Shown here: one piece after another, positions 12,317 through 24,771 of the stretch
How positions within the stretch are numbered: the stretch's first letter is position 1
Layout: each line of letters opens with the position of its first letter
From: Protoeuglena noctilucae
Lineage: Eukaryota
Length of the DNA stretch: 64,000 nucleotides
Assembly: GCA_958009085.1 (NCBI GenBank)
Contig: OY253681.1
Location: 930,001-994,000, forward strand
Direction of reading: 5' to 3'
Position numbers and translations under genes: made by a program
The notes under the pieces: model-generated
Seen by the model: only the letters and a program-made list of their open reading frames with translations
Database searches by the model: none
What the model was told of the DNA's origin: nothing

Positions 12317-14721
12317 ATGGACGTTGTATCTGGCGCGCCCGATAGCTTGGAGTCGTTTTTGGCGCGCCGTGACCCCTCGCCCCGCGCGGAGGGCGTCGGT
12401 GACTGCCCACGGCCCCTGGCCCACCTGGCACGCCTGCATCAGCACCCCTCTTGCTCACCCGCGCCGCACGTGCGCCCCTGCAACGCCTTGGATTGCTGTT
12501 GGAGAGCTGACCCGATCCCTCCGCGTCCCGCGCCGCAGGGCAAGTACTCCCTACGTCTCTTTGCCAGCCAACCTCAGGAGGCCGAGGACAAGCCCGAGTG
12601 GTGCGCCCCATCGGCGGCTGCGCGCGCCACTGATTTGAGATAATGGTTCGAATCGCGATCACGCCGCCAGTCCCCGCGTCGCAGGGCCCTCGAGGTGGAC
12701 TCGCTCAACCCCCGCGTGCTGGACGCCAAGTATGCGGTCCGAGGGGACATTGTGCTGCGCGCGATGAAGATCCAGGAGGAGCTCGAGAAGGGCACGGGCA
12801 ACTACCCCTTCAAGAAGCTCATCTACTGTAACATCGGCAACCCCCAGGCCCTCGGCCAGCCCCCCATGACCTTCATCCGCCAGGTGCCCCAGCTGCCCCA
12901 TGCATCCTGCTCTGCCACTGCACCCCATCGCGTGCGCCGCGGATGCTGCTGCACCATCATCATCGCCTAAATGGTCCTGTGCTGCAATCGAAGCGAATCC
13001 ACTTGGCCCGTCTCGTGCGCAGGTGGAGGTGCTGACGCACTACCCCGCGCTCCTCGACATGCCCGAGGTGCGCAAGACCTTCCCCGCCGACGCCGTGGAG
13101 CGCGCCCGGCTGTACCTGTCCGGCCTCAACTCCACGGGCGCCTACACCGACTCGCGCGGTGCGGCCGGCCTGCGCAAGTTGGTGGCCAAGGGCATTGAGC
13201 GCCGGGACGGATACCCCGCCGACCCCAACACCATCTTCCTCACGGACGGGGCCACGCCCTGCGTCCACCACACCTTCAAGATGCTCATCAGGCGAGACGC
13301 GCGTTGGCACGGGCCAGCCGTACGTGCTTGTGACTAGGTGCGACGCTGCGACGGGGCGCTGACTGTCGCATCCATCGTTGGCCGCAGGGACCGGAACGAC
13401 TGCATCCTGACGCCCGTGCCCCAGTACCCCCTGTACTCTGCGTCGATCGAGATGTGCAACGGCACGCTGCTGCCCTACTACCTGGACGAGGGCAAGGGGT
13501 GGGCGCTGAACGTGGAGGAGCTGCGGTCGCAGGTCGAGTCGGCCAACAGCCAGGGCAAGGTCGTGAGGGGCCTCGTGGTCATCAACCCGGGCAACCCCAC
13601 GGGGCAGATCCTGTCCGAGGACAACATGCGCGAGATCGTCGACTTCTGCCGCGACACGGGCATCGTGCTCTTCGCCGACGAGGTGTACCAGGAGAACATC
13701 TACAAGCCAGGGGCGTCCTTCACCTCCTTCAAGAAGATTGGTGAGGACCAGGATGGGGGATGGTCGTGGTGACTGCGTGAGGCTGCTTGGCAACAACCGC
13801 AGCTGTCGGCCTTCTGTGTGCTGTGTGGTGGTAGCTATGGCCCACTGGCATCTTGCTAATAGCAACGGGTGTCTCTGCTCTTCTCCTCTTCAGTCTGCGA
13901 CATGGGTCTCCAGGGCAAGATACCCCTGGTCTCGATGATGAGCGCCTCCAAGGGCTTCTACGGCGAGTGCGGCAAGCGCGGGGGGTACATGGAGGTCCTG
14001 GGGGTGGCACCGGGCATCTACGAGCAGCTGTACAAAATGGCGTCCATCAACCTGAGCCCCAACACGTCCGGGCAGATGGCCATGGCGACTGGTGAGGGCG
14101 GGGCTATGCATGCACCTGCACCGAGACGTGACCCGTGGTCTATTCGCTCACCACAACCCTGTCATCTCATCGGTCTCCGCAGTGATGAACCCCCCCCAGC
14201 CCGGCGACCCCTCGTACGACCTGTGGGTGAAGGAGCGGGAGGCGGTGCAGGCGTCCTTCAAGCGCCGCGCTGACCGCATCGTTGACGCGCTCAACCAGAT
14301 GGAGGACGTCTCGTGCAACTCGGCTGATGGTGCTATGTACATTTTCCCGCGCGTCGAGTTCCCCGAGAGGTTCCTCGCCTCCTGCAAGAAGGCCGGCAAG
14401 GCGCCCGAGGTGAGCGGCAGAGCCATGGCCCACGCCAAGGCAGCTGCTTCATGCATACCTATCTCTGACTCTTCCGACGCATCGAAAGCACCGTCTGGCA
14501 TGTTGCACGACCCCTGTCTCGCCTGTCCCTGCCCGCAGCTCACCTACTGCATGGACATGCTGGAGCAGACGGGCATTGTGTCCGTGCCCGGGAACGGCTT
14601 CGGCCAGGAGCCCGGCACCCACCACTTCCGCCTCACCTTCCTGCCCCCCGAGGACCAGGTGGAGCTGGTCACGGGCAAGATCGCCGACTTCCACGCCCGC
14701 TTCATGGCGCAGTGGAAGTGA
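12317..14721 (+). CDS. Alanine aminotransferase / glutamate:glyoxylate aminotransferase family (PLP-dependent, class I); start approximate
   Basis: 'YAVRG', 'CNIGNPQALGQ', 'PQYPLYSA', 'VINPGNPTGQ', 'ADEVYQENIY', PLP-lysine motif 'SKGFYGECGKRGGY', 'VPGNGFGQEPGTHHFR'. Ends 'AQWK', so no PTS1. Confidence 0.95.
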
Positions 14722-15131
14722 ACGCACGCAAGCGCGGCGACGGCCGCACGTAGCCTCAGCAGACTTACAGACCTCGTAGACGGCGCCAGCTATGGCACTA
14801 GCGGTTCCTTCGTCGCCCCTGGCCCGGCAGCACCGCTCCGGCCGCACCCCTGCCCGCGCCGCGCCTGGCGGCCACCCGCGCTGCGCCCTCCCTGGGCAGC
14901 CGCGGCCCCGCCTCGCCGGCGCGCCATGATTGCCGCGCATTGCGGCAGGAGCACGAGCTAGGGGTCCCTACCCCGCGGCAAGACCCGGACTGCCCCCGTT
15001 CCCGCTGTCCTTTGAATGACCCGACGATAGGCGACCTGTTGTTGTCGTTCAACACGCTGCACAAACAGACCCTGTGCATCTGGCCTTTCCTGTCACGAAT
15101 CTTGCCCTCGACGCAACACCCAACCCTGCTC

Positions 15132-16421
15132 TCAGCAGATGGCAAAGACCGCGTAGACGTTGGCCACCACGTCCTGGTCTCCGCTCAGCACGGGGACCAT
15201 GGACGCGGCGCTCCGTGCGTACTCTAGCTCGACGTCGTCGTACTGCATGTACTGCGTGGTTGTGGCCATGGTGGCGATGGGGCTCATGGCGATGGGCGAC
15301 TCGGAGACGGACAGCAGCGGGCCCACTTGGGAGCCCATGGCCTCCAAGTACCGCCGCGCGCGGCCCAGGGCGTCCTTGGCCGCCAACCCCCTCGCCTGCG
15401 CGGCACGGGCAGCGGCGGGCCCACTTGCACCCCATACGTGGATGTTGATGTGGCGGGCGGGCACGTGTAAGGGACCTGCCGCCCTTCCATGCCCTACCCA
15501 CGCACCTCGTCCATCTTCTGCTGCTGCACTTCGTTTGAGATGCGGAACCCCAGCTGCTCCAGCCTCAGGTGGTCGCCCCCCGCCTCGAGCGCCCCGTCCA
15601 CAATGGCCGCCAGCGTCGCGGGCGCCGTGGTGTCCAGCTGGATCGTGAAGCGGTTCGTGTACTGCGCATTAGGCGAGAGCGACGGTGGCATGGCACGAGG
15701 GTTTTGTGAGGAATATACACAGGGACTTTGCAATGGGCCAGGCGCTCGCCTCGTATCCCGTGATCTTGGTCTCGTAGGTGCCGTCGAACCTCCTCCGCGA
15801 CTCCCACCGGGGCTGGAGCTGCAGCGAGTCGGTGCTGACGTTCTCCTCCGTCACCCCCTCGACCTCCAGCACGCGGCCCATCACGCTCCGCGTGGCATCC
15901 GTCACGATGGTCTTGGCCTGCGCGGCCGTCGGCTGCTGCGATGTGATCGTAAACGTGATGAAGGCCTCGTCCGGGGCCACGCGCAGGGTGGCGTTGCCCG
16001 ACACGTTGGCCCTGCGAAGCGCAAGGGGTCGTGAGCCATCGCGAGGGCCTTCTACCACAGCAGCACCACCGGAGTGTCCTGGATAAGAATCCGACGTCAG
16101 AGAAGCCACGCAGAACAAATAGACAATCGCATAAGATATGCGCATCGAACATCCAGGACGCGCTTCTGGCTCCCATCTCGCGGCCCGGGCAGGCGGAGAG
16201 GTCAACGCATGCACCCGTGTCCTGGTCCACCGAGCGCACCGAACGCAGGCCAAAAAGCACACTGCACTACTGATACACATGAACTACACTGAGATCAATT
16301 GTAAGGCGGCTCCGAGCCCCGAGAACCGGGATTCTCACCTGCCCGGGCACTTCGCCTCTTGCGCCAACGCCCCGACGCACAGGAGGGCGAGGATGGCCAC
16401 TGCAGCGACACGCCACGACAT
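15132..16421 (-). CDS. SIMPL/DUF541 (YggE/BP26-like) domain protein with signal peptide
   Basis: N-terminus 'MSWRVAAVAILALLCVGALAQ'. SIMPL-like 'VSGNATLRVAPDEA', 'ENVSTDSLQLQPRW', 'AAKDALGRARRY...VGPLLSVSE' and a terminal 'VVANVYAVFAI'. Confidence 0.8.
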
Positions 16422-16705
16422 GCGAGTCATTCTCTATCCGGTTACGATCCAATCGTGCCGCAGCTAGGGGCAAGTTGCGTGGGAGTCGCAAAACAGGCAC
16501 CCTCGAAGTGTATCGGCGGCGATGGCTGCCAGCGTGCGATTGCTGAGAAGATTTGATACGATGTCGTGGAGAAGTGGAGCTCGATACTCGTGTTCTGTCA
16601 CCAACGGTCGTGTTTAAGCACCTCCGCAAACATTTCACTCGCCCTCGCTCCCGCTTGCATTCATTTCCACGCCTGCATTGGCCAGCTGCCGGCCCACAAG
16701 TCGCG

Positions 16706-19040
16706 ATGCCGGCCAGCAGCGCACGGGGCACTGCCCCACGGACGGGGCCGGTGGCAGTGTGGCTCATGGCCGCCCTGCTGCTGGCCCTGTGCGCTGGCGC
16801 GCATGCCTCGCGATGAACTCCCAGCTCTTACCCGAACCCCCAAGTCGACCCCGACGCCTGCCGTGTGCGGCCAGAGGTGAGTCGCCGGGCGTGCGCCACC
16901 GGTCGCTTGAGCCAAGTGGTTTTCTTCCGCCCTAGCCACGCAGTTCGCGTTTCCCGCGTGATCGATTGCAGTAATGTGCTCTTAGGATGAGGACAGTGAC
17001 GCAGATTGCTGTCGATGAGCACCTCACGCGCGCCGCGAGCCCTTTGACCGTGTGCGTTGCCTGCAGATTGGTTTGTCGGCCCTCGCCTGCGATCCAGACG
17101 CCTACATCTCCCCCAAGACGCTGGACGATATCGGTGCGCATGCATTGGTTGATTATTAGCTGCGCTTCCGCTCGTCCCACCACCTGTGGGGCCTGGTCTG
17201 TGAGTGTCTTTTCGTTAGGGTTCGCCGCCGCCTCGCCCTCTCGCAGATGCCATCCTCGCTAGCATTCGCATCGAGGTTCAGGACCCGTGCATGACCGGCA
17301 AGGGCGGCGGGTACCAGGTCGCGGCCGCGGTCCTGGGCAGCATGTCCGGGACCGTGCCGGGCTCGACCGATGCCGACGTGAGTGCAAGCGCCTTGCACCA
17401 GCGCGTCAGTAACAGCGCCGACCAATGCGCAACGAACAATCCCCTTTCGCGCCCGCAGCGCGCCAGGAACTTTGCGAAGCAGCTGATGGATCGGTGGGGC
17501 GTTGGCGACCATCGCTGCCTCAACGGCGTGCTGCTGCTGCTGGCCGTGGAGGACAGGCAGGTGTACATCGCGACGGGAGCGGGCGCGCGGGTGAGACTCT
17601 CGGATGCATGCCCTCAGTAAGCTGGCGCCATGTCGCCTGGCTGAGCTGGTGCCTCGCTGCCTAGCAGAGTTGCCTCGTGGCCTGGCCCTGGTGCCCCTCC
17701 CCGCCTTTGCACCCACGCGGCCCCTCCCCGCCGTCGCAGGACGCCCTGACGGACCAGGAGATCAGCGTGGTGATCGACAGGATGCGGCCGCACCTGCGCG
17801 CCGGCGACGTGGGCGATGCAGTGCTCGTGGCCGCCAGCTACATCCGCAAGGGCCTGGAGGGCGACATCTCTCCCCCCCCGCCCCCGCCGTCCAGCTCCGG
17901 CGACTTCAGCTTCTCCGACCTCCTCGTCATGCTCGGGTTCCTCTCCGTCTTCGTGACCCCCTTCGCCCTCATCGTCTGTTGCGCCTGCCGAGCCAACCGC
18001 AGGCACACCCGCGACGTCGGCCGCGTCGACGAGCTGCTCCGGCGCATGGAGCGCGGCGAGGGGCAGGCCCGGCAGGTCACCTACTTCGCCAGCTCCTGCC
18101 CCATCTGCCTTGATGACTTTGGGTCCAACGTCGTCGCGCCCACCGACGTCCCCGAGCCCTCCGCGCCGCCCCCGCCGGACGGCGCCTCGCCCTCCGCGCC
18201 GCTGCTGGGCGGCGACAAGGGCACGGGCTCGGCGGGTGGCAGCAGCGTCCGGTACCCCGAGGTGCGCACGGGGTGGGGCCTCTTCGGGGGCGGCGTGCGG
18301 GCGCGCAGTCGCGGCCGCTCGGGAACCGACGAGGAGGGGCAGGCGCGGGTGGACGCGGACGCGGACGCGGACGACGCCCCCCGCCCCGCGGCCCCGCCCC
18401 CGCCGCTCGACCGCCGCGGCCCTGAGCACGGCGCCGTGTACCTCCCCTGCGGCCACGGTTTCTGCGGGCGGTGCATCTCGCAGCACCTGCGGGGCACCCG
18501 CGGGGGCCCCCAGTGCCCCATCTGCCGCGCCACCTTCGACGCCAACTTCAACCCCACGCACGAGCCCCCCCGCTCCGACAGCGGCCGCCCCGGCTGCTAC
18601 GGCGCCTACCGCCGCCACTTCTACCGCGGGCTGGACTACGACCTGTGGGACCTCGAGTACCGGTACAGGTGTGATGACTGTGGGGGATGCTGAACGGGTT
18701 TGGCTGTGGGTGACGCTGGGCGCTTCCCGTGCGCGGGTGACACTCTTTGGATATCAGCTTGTGGCACCGACAGCACCTCCGCTTTCGTTCCACGCGCAGG
18801 CTGGACCGCATGCACCACCGCTACCGCTACATCGTGCCGCACACGGTGGTGCCCCGGGACGCGACGGTTCCGCGCCAGAACGTGGCGGACGTCATCAACG
18901 CCGTGCGAGAGGCCGAGAGGGCGCGGGCGGTGGCGCGCGAGGCTGCCCGCAACTCGGGCCACCACTCCTCGGGTCGCACGACCACGTCGTTCGGCGGCGG
19001 GCACAGCCGCGGGGGTGGCGGCGGGGGCGGCAGCTGGTAG
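16706..19040 (+). CDS. Signal peptide - TPM (MOLO-1/DUF477) domain - TM helix - split RING finger - Gly-rich tail; one in-frame TGA at 16814-16816
   Basis: 'YPNP..DP..C', 'CDPDAYIS', 'FAKQLMDRWGVG...NGVLLLLAVEDRQVYIATG', a hydrophobic helix, 'CPIC...LPCGHGFCGRC...CPIC' and the tail '[17 protein letters not shown]'. Five GT-AG introns keep the frame. Confidence 0.8.
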
Positions 19041-19251
19041 GCAGCAGAGGGACGCAATGCACGCGAGGTTGGCAGAGCAGTCGTGACTTGGCAGCGTTGG
19101 GTTGTTTGAAGCGGGATGTACACTTGCGGCGCGAGGGCGTCTATCTGTGCCAGCTAAGCCATCGCGGCTGTCCGCCTGGCAAACCTACATCCGCCCAACC
19201 CGTATGGCGCCACGGTGAGTTGCCCAAGAACAACAGCGCCCCACCATGTCA

Positions 19252-20165
19252 TCATGCATGGGGCGCGAAGGACGGTGCCGATGCCCACAGCGCTGCGAAT
19301 TCCTGCAGCAGCGCGAGGTGCTCGGGCGTGAGCTTGGCCTGGGGACTGGCCTGCTCGACTGCCTGCGGGAGCACGGGAAGAGGGCGGACACATTACACAC
19401 ACCCGGCATCCGCCACCCAAGGTATCTCCCAAGACGGCGACACGCATCGAGGCCAGCATGGAGAGCGGCAGGAGTACAACCCTGGAACGTCCCTTTATAT
19501 ATTACAACTCGCCTGCACGGCTGCCTCGACCGTCAGCCCCCTCCCTGCCACGAGGTACGCGGCGACGGCGGTGGGCGACCGTGACTTGCCCGTCATGCAG
19601 TGGACGAGGACCTTGCCGCCCTCGCTGCGAACATTTTCCAGGAACTGGGGAGGGGGAAGGGATGAGAGGTGGTGTCAAGAAAGCCACCGCAGCTGTGGAT
19701 GGTACAGCAGATGGTCACGCGGCCTCGCCTGGACGCAGTCGGCCAGGGGCGGCTGCTTGGACGGCGCGACGTGGTAGATGAAGGACTGGCTGTAGAGGTT
19801 CTGTGTCCCCGGGACCATGTTGAGGACGTGGGTGATGCCCATGAGCCTGAGCACCTCGAGGCGCGCGGCGTGGTCGTAACTGCCGAAGAAGAGCCAGTCC
19901 ATGTTCAGGGCCGACCAGGGAAAGGCGGAGACGGGAGCGGATGCCTCGACGGGCAGGGAATGCCCGCAGTCCTCGCACACCTCGCCGCTGCGAGCCAGGG
20001 CGCGGGGGCACGATGGGCACGACGCTGCAAGGGACGTGGGGCAGGAGGTGGCGCGCCGAGGCCGCCGCGGCCCGGGATGGGACGACGAGGCCACTCTCAC
20101 CCCATGAAATCATGATAGTGCCCGCAAACGTGACATGGTTCCTCCCGAGGCCGCTTCTTGCTCAT
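19252..20165 (-). CDS. Dual-specificity (MAPK) phosphatase, IBR5-like (4 exons)
   Basis: N-terminal 'KRPREEPCHVCGHYH...GEVCEDCGH' as in plant IBR5, then 'FFGSYDHAAR' and the catalytic 'VLVHCMTGKSRS'. Two GC donors. Confidence 0.9.
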
Positions 20166-20977
20166 CGCAGGCCCTGGATTCCGTGACCCTCCCGCCCTGT
20201 GTCGCCCACTGGCCGCGGGCGCGGCCTTCGGTCGCCCCAGTAATCAAGAGCAAAGAGGGACTACAGATAAGGCTACGGATGCGCTCTCCGACGCCAGATG
20301 AGGGCGGAGATATCTGGGAAGATGCTTTTTGGACCGTATACGTTGGCGAGGCAAAAGCTTTCGCAGCTCCAGAAGACGACGATGTGAGGGTGGTGCTCGC
20401 CGCAGGCAGGGGCTCAACACACGCGTGGACTTGGCCTGGCATTCGAGTCTGGCGCAACCGTCCGGCCCACATTTTTAGCGAGGTCCAGCGGTTGGCCACA
20501 TCCATGCGCCCATTGGGTTGAGTGAACTGTCAGTCGCAGCGCGCGACTCAGCGCGTGAGCCAACTCGTGCTGTAGCTCTTGCGCATGGGCGAGCGTGTGT
20601 TTTTTTAGAGTCGCACCCGCGGTCTCTTCGCCTAGCTGGCCACTCACGTCGCGGGAGTCCTGGAAACACAGTGAGCTTCCTGCATTCATGGCTGGCTTGG
20701 CGTGCCGCTGCCTCCTCTGCCCGTGCACGCCTTCAAAATACTCGAGGCAGAGTGTCGCGATGCGCACGCATTCGAGGGCCCTGGGCCACTATTCCGTATC
20801 TCTGCGACTCCACCTTCCTCGCAGTGGCTCGCCGGGGGGTCGCGGTGGTCGGGTCGCGCCAGGGACGTGCAGCCCCTCAGAGCCCCCCAGGTCCGTGCCG
20901 CCCTGCGCCGCGCGTGGCTCGAGCCGGACAAAGACAGCCACACCACTGACACTCCTGCCAATGCGCGTCTTTCGCAG

Positions 20978-23900
20978 GCGCCAAGCGCGGCCCCGCGGCA
21001 GTCCCCGCCGAGTACCTGGACCACGATGTCGACGATAACACCAAGATATTCCTTCGGGAGCAGGCGCGGCTGGCCGCCTTGCGCCAGGAGCGCAAGCATG
21101 CCCCCCTGCCACCCGCCCCCGCGGGCCCGGCGCCCGAAGCCCCCCCGGGCCCCCGCCCCCGCCCGCGCGCCCCGCCCCTCCGCCCACCACCCCAAGACGC
21201 CGATGCCGACGCCGGGACCCTCGACGGCCGCCGCACGCCCCTGGAGCACTTCTACTCGGCTCAGCTGGGCCCCGAGCCTGGCCCTGCGGCCCCTCACTTC
21301 GAGAACTATGCCAGCATCCGCGCCCCCCGGGGGCAGCCGGGCGTTGGATTGGATGCGTGGCTGGGTGCGCCCCCCACTCCCGAGGGCACGGGGCGGTCGT
21401 CGTCACCGTCTGACCTGGCGGTGCAGAGTCACCTGGCCGGGACCATGACGCCCCTGGCGAGGCCGCCCATCAAGGGACGGGACGTGCCGGCAGACCACCG
21501 GTGAGCAACGGAAGGGGGGGGGGGCAGTATGGTAGCACGGCGGATGTGGGTGTGATGGTGAAGCGTGGAGGAGGTTGTAAGGCAGCACGGCGGGTGTGGG
21601 CGTGCCGGCGTGGCGCGGGGTGCTGAGGGTCGCTTATCATGGCGTTGCTCGCAGGCTGCTGGCACTGCAGACGCCCCGACAGCTGTCGGAGCAAATGCTG
21701 GCCAGGGAGAGTGGCGACCCTGCAGGGGGCAGGGCGGCTGGGCTGCGCGTGGAGGTGGAAGCGGGGCCGAGAGGGGGCGGTGGCAGGGCGGCAGCGGGGG
21801 CAGGTGGGAGGGGCGGGGCTAGGGCGGAGGCGGGGGCCGTGCGGGCAGACAGGGAGGAGGACGGCGTTGCCTCTCCGCAGCGGCGGGGGTTCATGTCTGG
21901 GGTCGCGGAGCTGATGGGTCGCAACGGTGAGGGGGGCAGTGACTGCTTCAAGCAGCATGGGTGGATGAGTAGCTGCTTAGCATAGGTCGTGCTGTGCCTC
22001 GGTGGCTCTGCGCTCACGTGTCATGATGTGTGCATTCCTGCTTTGACGCCCCCTGCAGAGGACAAGCTGCGCGAGAGGGAGGATGCCATGCGTCGGTACA
22101 AGGAGGAACTGGAGGAGCAGATACGGGAACAGAAGAGACGGAAGGTGAGCGACGAGCGAAGGGAGTGGTCGCGTGACGATAGGACTCTCAATATGACAGA
22201 TGCAGCGTAGGTGCTGGGCTGTGTGCGTGGCTCAGTGATGCAGTCGCGTGTGCATGCAGGAAGCAGAGAGGCACGCGGCAGAGGAGGCGGAGAGGCGACA
22301 CGAGGCGGACTTCTATCGGCAGCAGGAGGTGCTGGCGCAGGTGAGTGTAGCACGTTGGGGGGGGTGTCACTGCAGGACAGTAGGGGAGTGATGGGGTAGC
22401 ACAGAGACAACGAGCATCCCCAGCAGCACCTTAACAGGGGTGCTGCCGTTTGATGAGACTCTCTGCACGTTCATCCTTGTACTTACGTGGCACCCGCAGC
22501 GCAAGCGTGCGGGGGGGGGCGGGGAGCCCCTGAGGGACGCGGACGGCCAGACTGTGACGGTGCTGGCGGGGGCGGCGGCGCGGGGGGGCGACGGGGCGGG
22601 GGCGGCGCAGGGGCAGGGGCAGGGGCAGCATTGGGGAGCGGGGGAGACGGAGAGGTCGCCGCCCCGGCAGACGTGGGGTGCGCCGGCCAGAGAGGTGAGG
22701 TCCCATGCGACTGTCATGGTCGGCACACTGCTAGCTGTAACGTGATAAGGCTAGTTAAATGCTATTCATCGTGCCGTCGTGTTATCACGGTCGCTGCGTT
22801 GCAGCACACCTCATCCCCGCCCTCCCTCCGCAGTCGCCCCCCGCCCCTCCCCGCTCGACGCGTGCACCCACGGTGCCCCCTCCCCCGGATGCCTCGAGCA
22901 TCATGAGCCCGAGGGATGACGTGCGGGCATCCGCTACTGCGAAAGACGGCCCGCGGGAGTTCCTGGGTCAGCTGCGGGGTCTGATGGCCGGGCCGAGCGA
23001 CGAGCAGCGGGCGCACGCCGAGCGGCAGCGGCGGCAGCTGTTGGCCGACTTGGAGGAGCAGGTGAGATGACGTACGATGGCAACAGTGCCGTCAGTGGCC
23101 CGCTGCTCAGCTCCCCTGCTGCTGAGCTGTGCTCCCCTGCTGTTGTGCTGAGCTGCCATGCTGCTGTGCTCCCCTGCTGTTTTGCTGTGTTCCCCTGCTG
23201 CTGTGCTCGCTTGTCGCTGAGCGCCCCTCCCCTGGTCTTTGTGCAGGTGCGTGAGAAGCGTGCCCGTGAGGAGCAGCGGCGGAGGGCGGAGAGGGACCGG
23301 GAGGAGAGGGAGGAGAGAGCACTGCAGGAACACCAGCGGTGAGGGAGGAGCGGGGGGTGCGACATGGAAGCTGTGCAATCGTAGGGCGTGGGTGGAAGGG
23401 CGACCGAGACAACACCAGTGCATCTCCATCGTTATCATCGTCATCAAAGATACTTATGTGGCTCCCTGCATCCATCCATCGCAGTCGCCACCAGGAACAC
23501 GCGACCCCCTCCGCTGCCCTCCCCGCCGCTTTCCGCGCCAGCCACGACTCCGCGCCTGGCCGAGAGGGCGGGGTGGCAGCCACGGTGGGGCGGGGCACGC
23601 AGGGGGTGGACGCGGTGCAGATTACGCTGGGGAGGGGGGCGGAGCGGGGCGGGGAGGTGCCTGGGACGCCGGCGCTGGGCGGGGAGTGGAGCGAGCGGGG
23701 TGGCGCGGGGGTGGCGCGGCGCGGGGTGGCGTCCGGTCGGCCCACGGGGGAGCTGCGGGGCAGTCAGTCCCGCGCCCACGATCTGTTCCGGGAGCTGCGC
23801 GCGGAGCAGGAGCGTCTGCGCGACGACTTCGCTGCCCAGCTGCGCGACATGTGGCGGGAGGCGTGGGATGCACAGGTGGAGAAGGAGCAGGCGCTGCAGG

Positions 23901-24553
23901 TGTGAGATGAGGGTGGCGGCTGCGATGGGGTGCATGGGGAGCGGTGGTCATAGAGGGGTGTCACAGGCGGTACAGCAACTCTCTCACCTGTTGCCACCCC
24001 ACCCATCTCATCAACTATCACTAACAATTCCCCCCCCCTTCCTCCACACCCCCAGGAACTCCGCCGCGTGCGTGACCTCCTCGCCGACCGCGACCGCGCC
24101 GACCGCGATGCCCTGGCCAGCTTCATGGTAGACTCCGTTCTGGTGCCCAAGTTCCTGTCACGCATCCCAGATCCACACGAGACGCTTCCTCCCTTCGCCG
24201 GCCTCGTCCAGTCGCCGTCGCCGTCACCGTCACACGCGCCCTCGCCCCCACCATCAGACTCCCCATTGCCAGAGCCAGGGTACCCCACTGAAGGGCGCAG
24301 GAGGCGGGGGTGGGAGGCCGCTGCTGCCGCGCCCAGCGGTGCGGTGCGCGCGGTGCGGGGTGCGGGGCGGCCCGGGGAGCTGCTGCCTCGGACGCGGTAT
24401 GTGGCGGGGAGCCCCGAGCGGACGCATGGGGTGGGGAGGGGCGGTGACACGGGGGACTCTCTGGATGAGTTTGTGGGGCGCAGGGGTGGGAGGGGCGGGA
24501 GGGGGCGGGGGAGGGGGAGAGGGGGCGGGGGGCGGCAGGGGTGGAAGATGTGA
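20978..24553 (+). CDS. Multi-exon charged coiled-coil protein (CSPP1/CCDC66-like repeats); start not resolved
   Basis: At least 9 exons join in frame through GT-AG introns. Motifs 'RYKEELEEQIREQKRRK' and 'LLADLEEQVREKRAREEQRRR'. Family assignment is tentative. Confidence 0.55.
23100..23225 (+). repeat. Intronic degenerate minisatellite (CTCCCCTGCTG..TG..CTG)
   Basis: TCCCCTGCTG recurs four times at about 21-37 bp spacing. Confidence 0.7.
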
Positions 24554-24771
24554 GGGGACGGGTTTTGTGTGTGAGCGCGGCACTGTCAGGATTGATAGCG
24601 CTCACATGTGCCCTGATACGTCAAATGGTGCGCTGTGTTTTGCCTTGGATTCAAATGTGTGTGGAGAATGGCTCATTTGCTATCAAGCACCCCTGAAGAC
24701 CCTGAATGAGGGAACAGTATCGTGTGTAGCGCATGCGGCAGCGACCACGCAGCAGTCTCCATGGACCGGCG

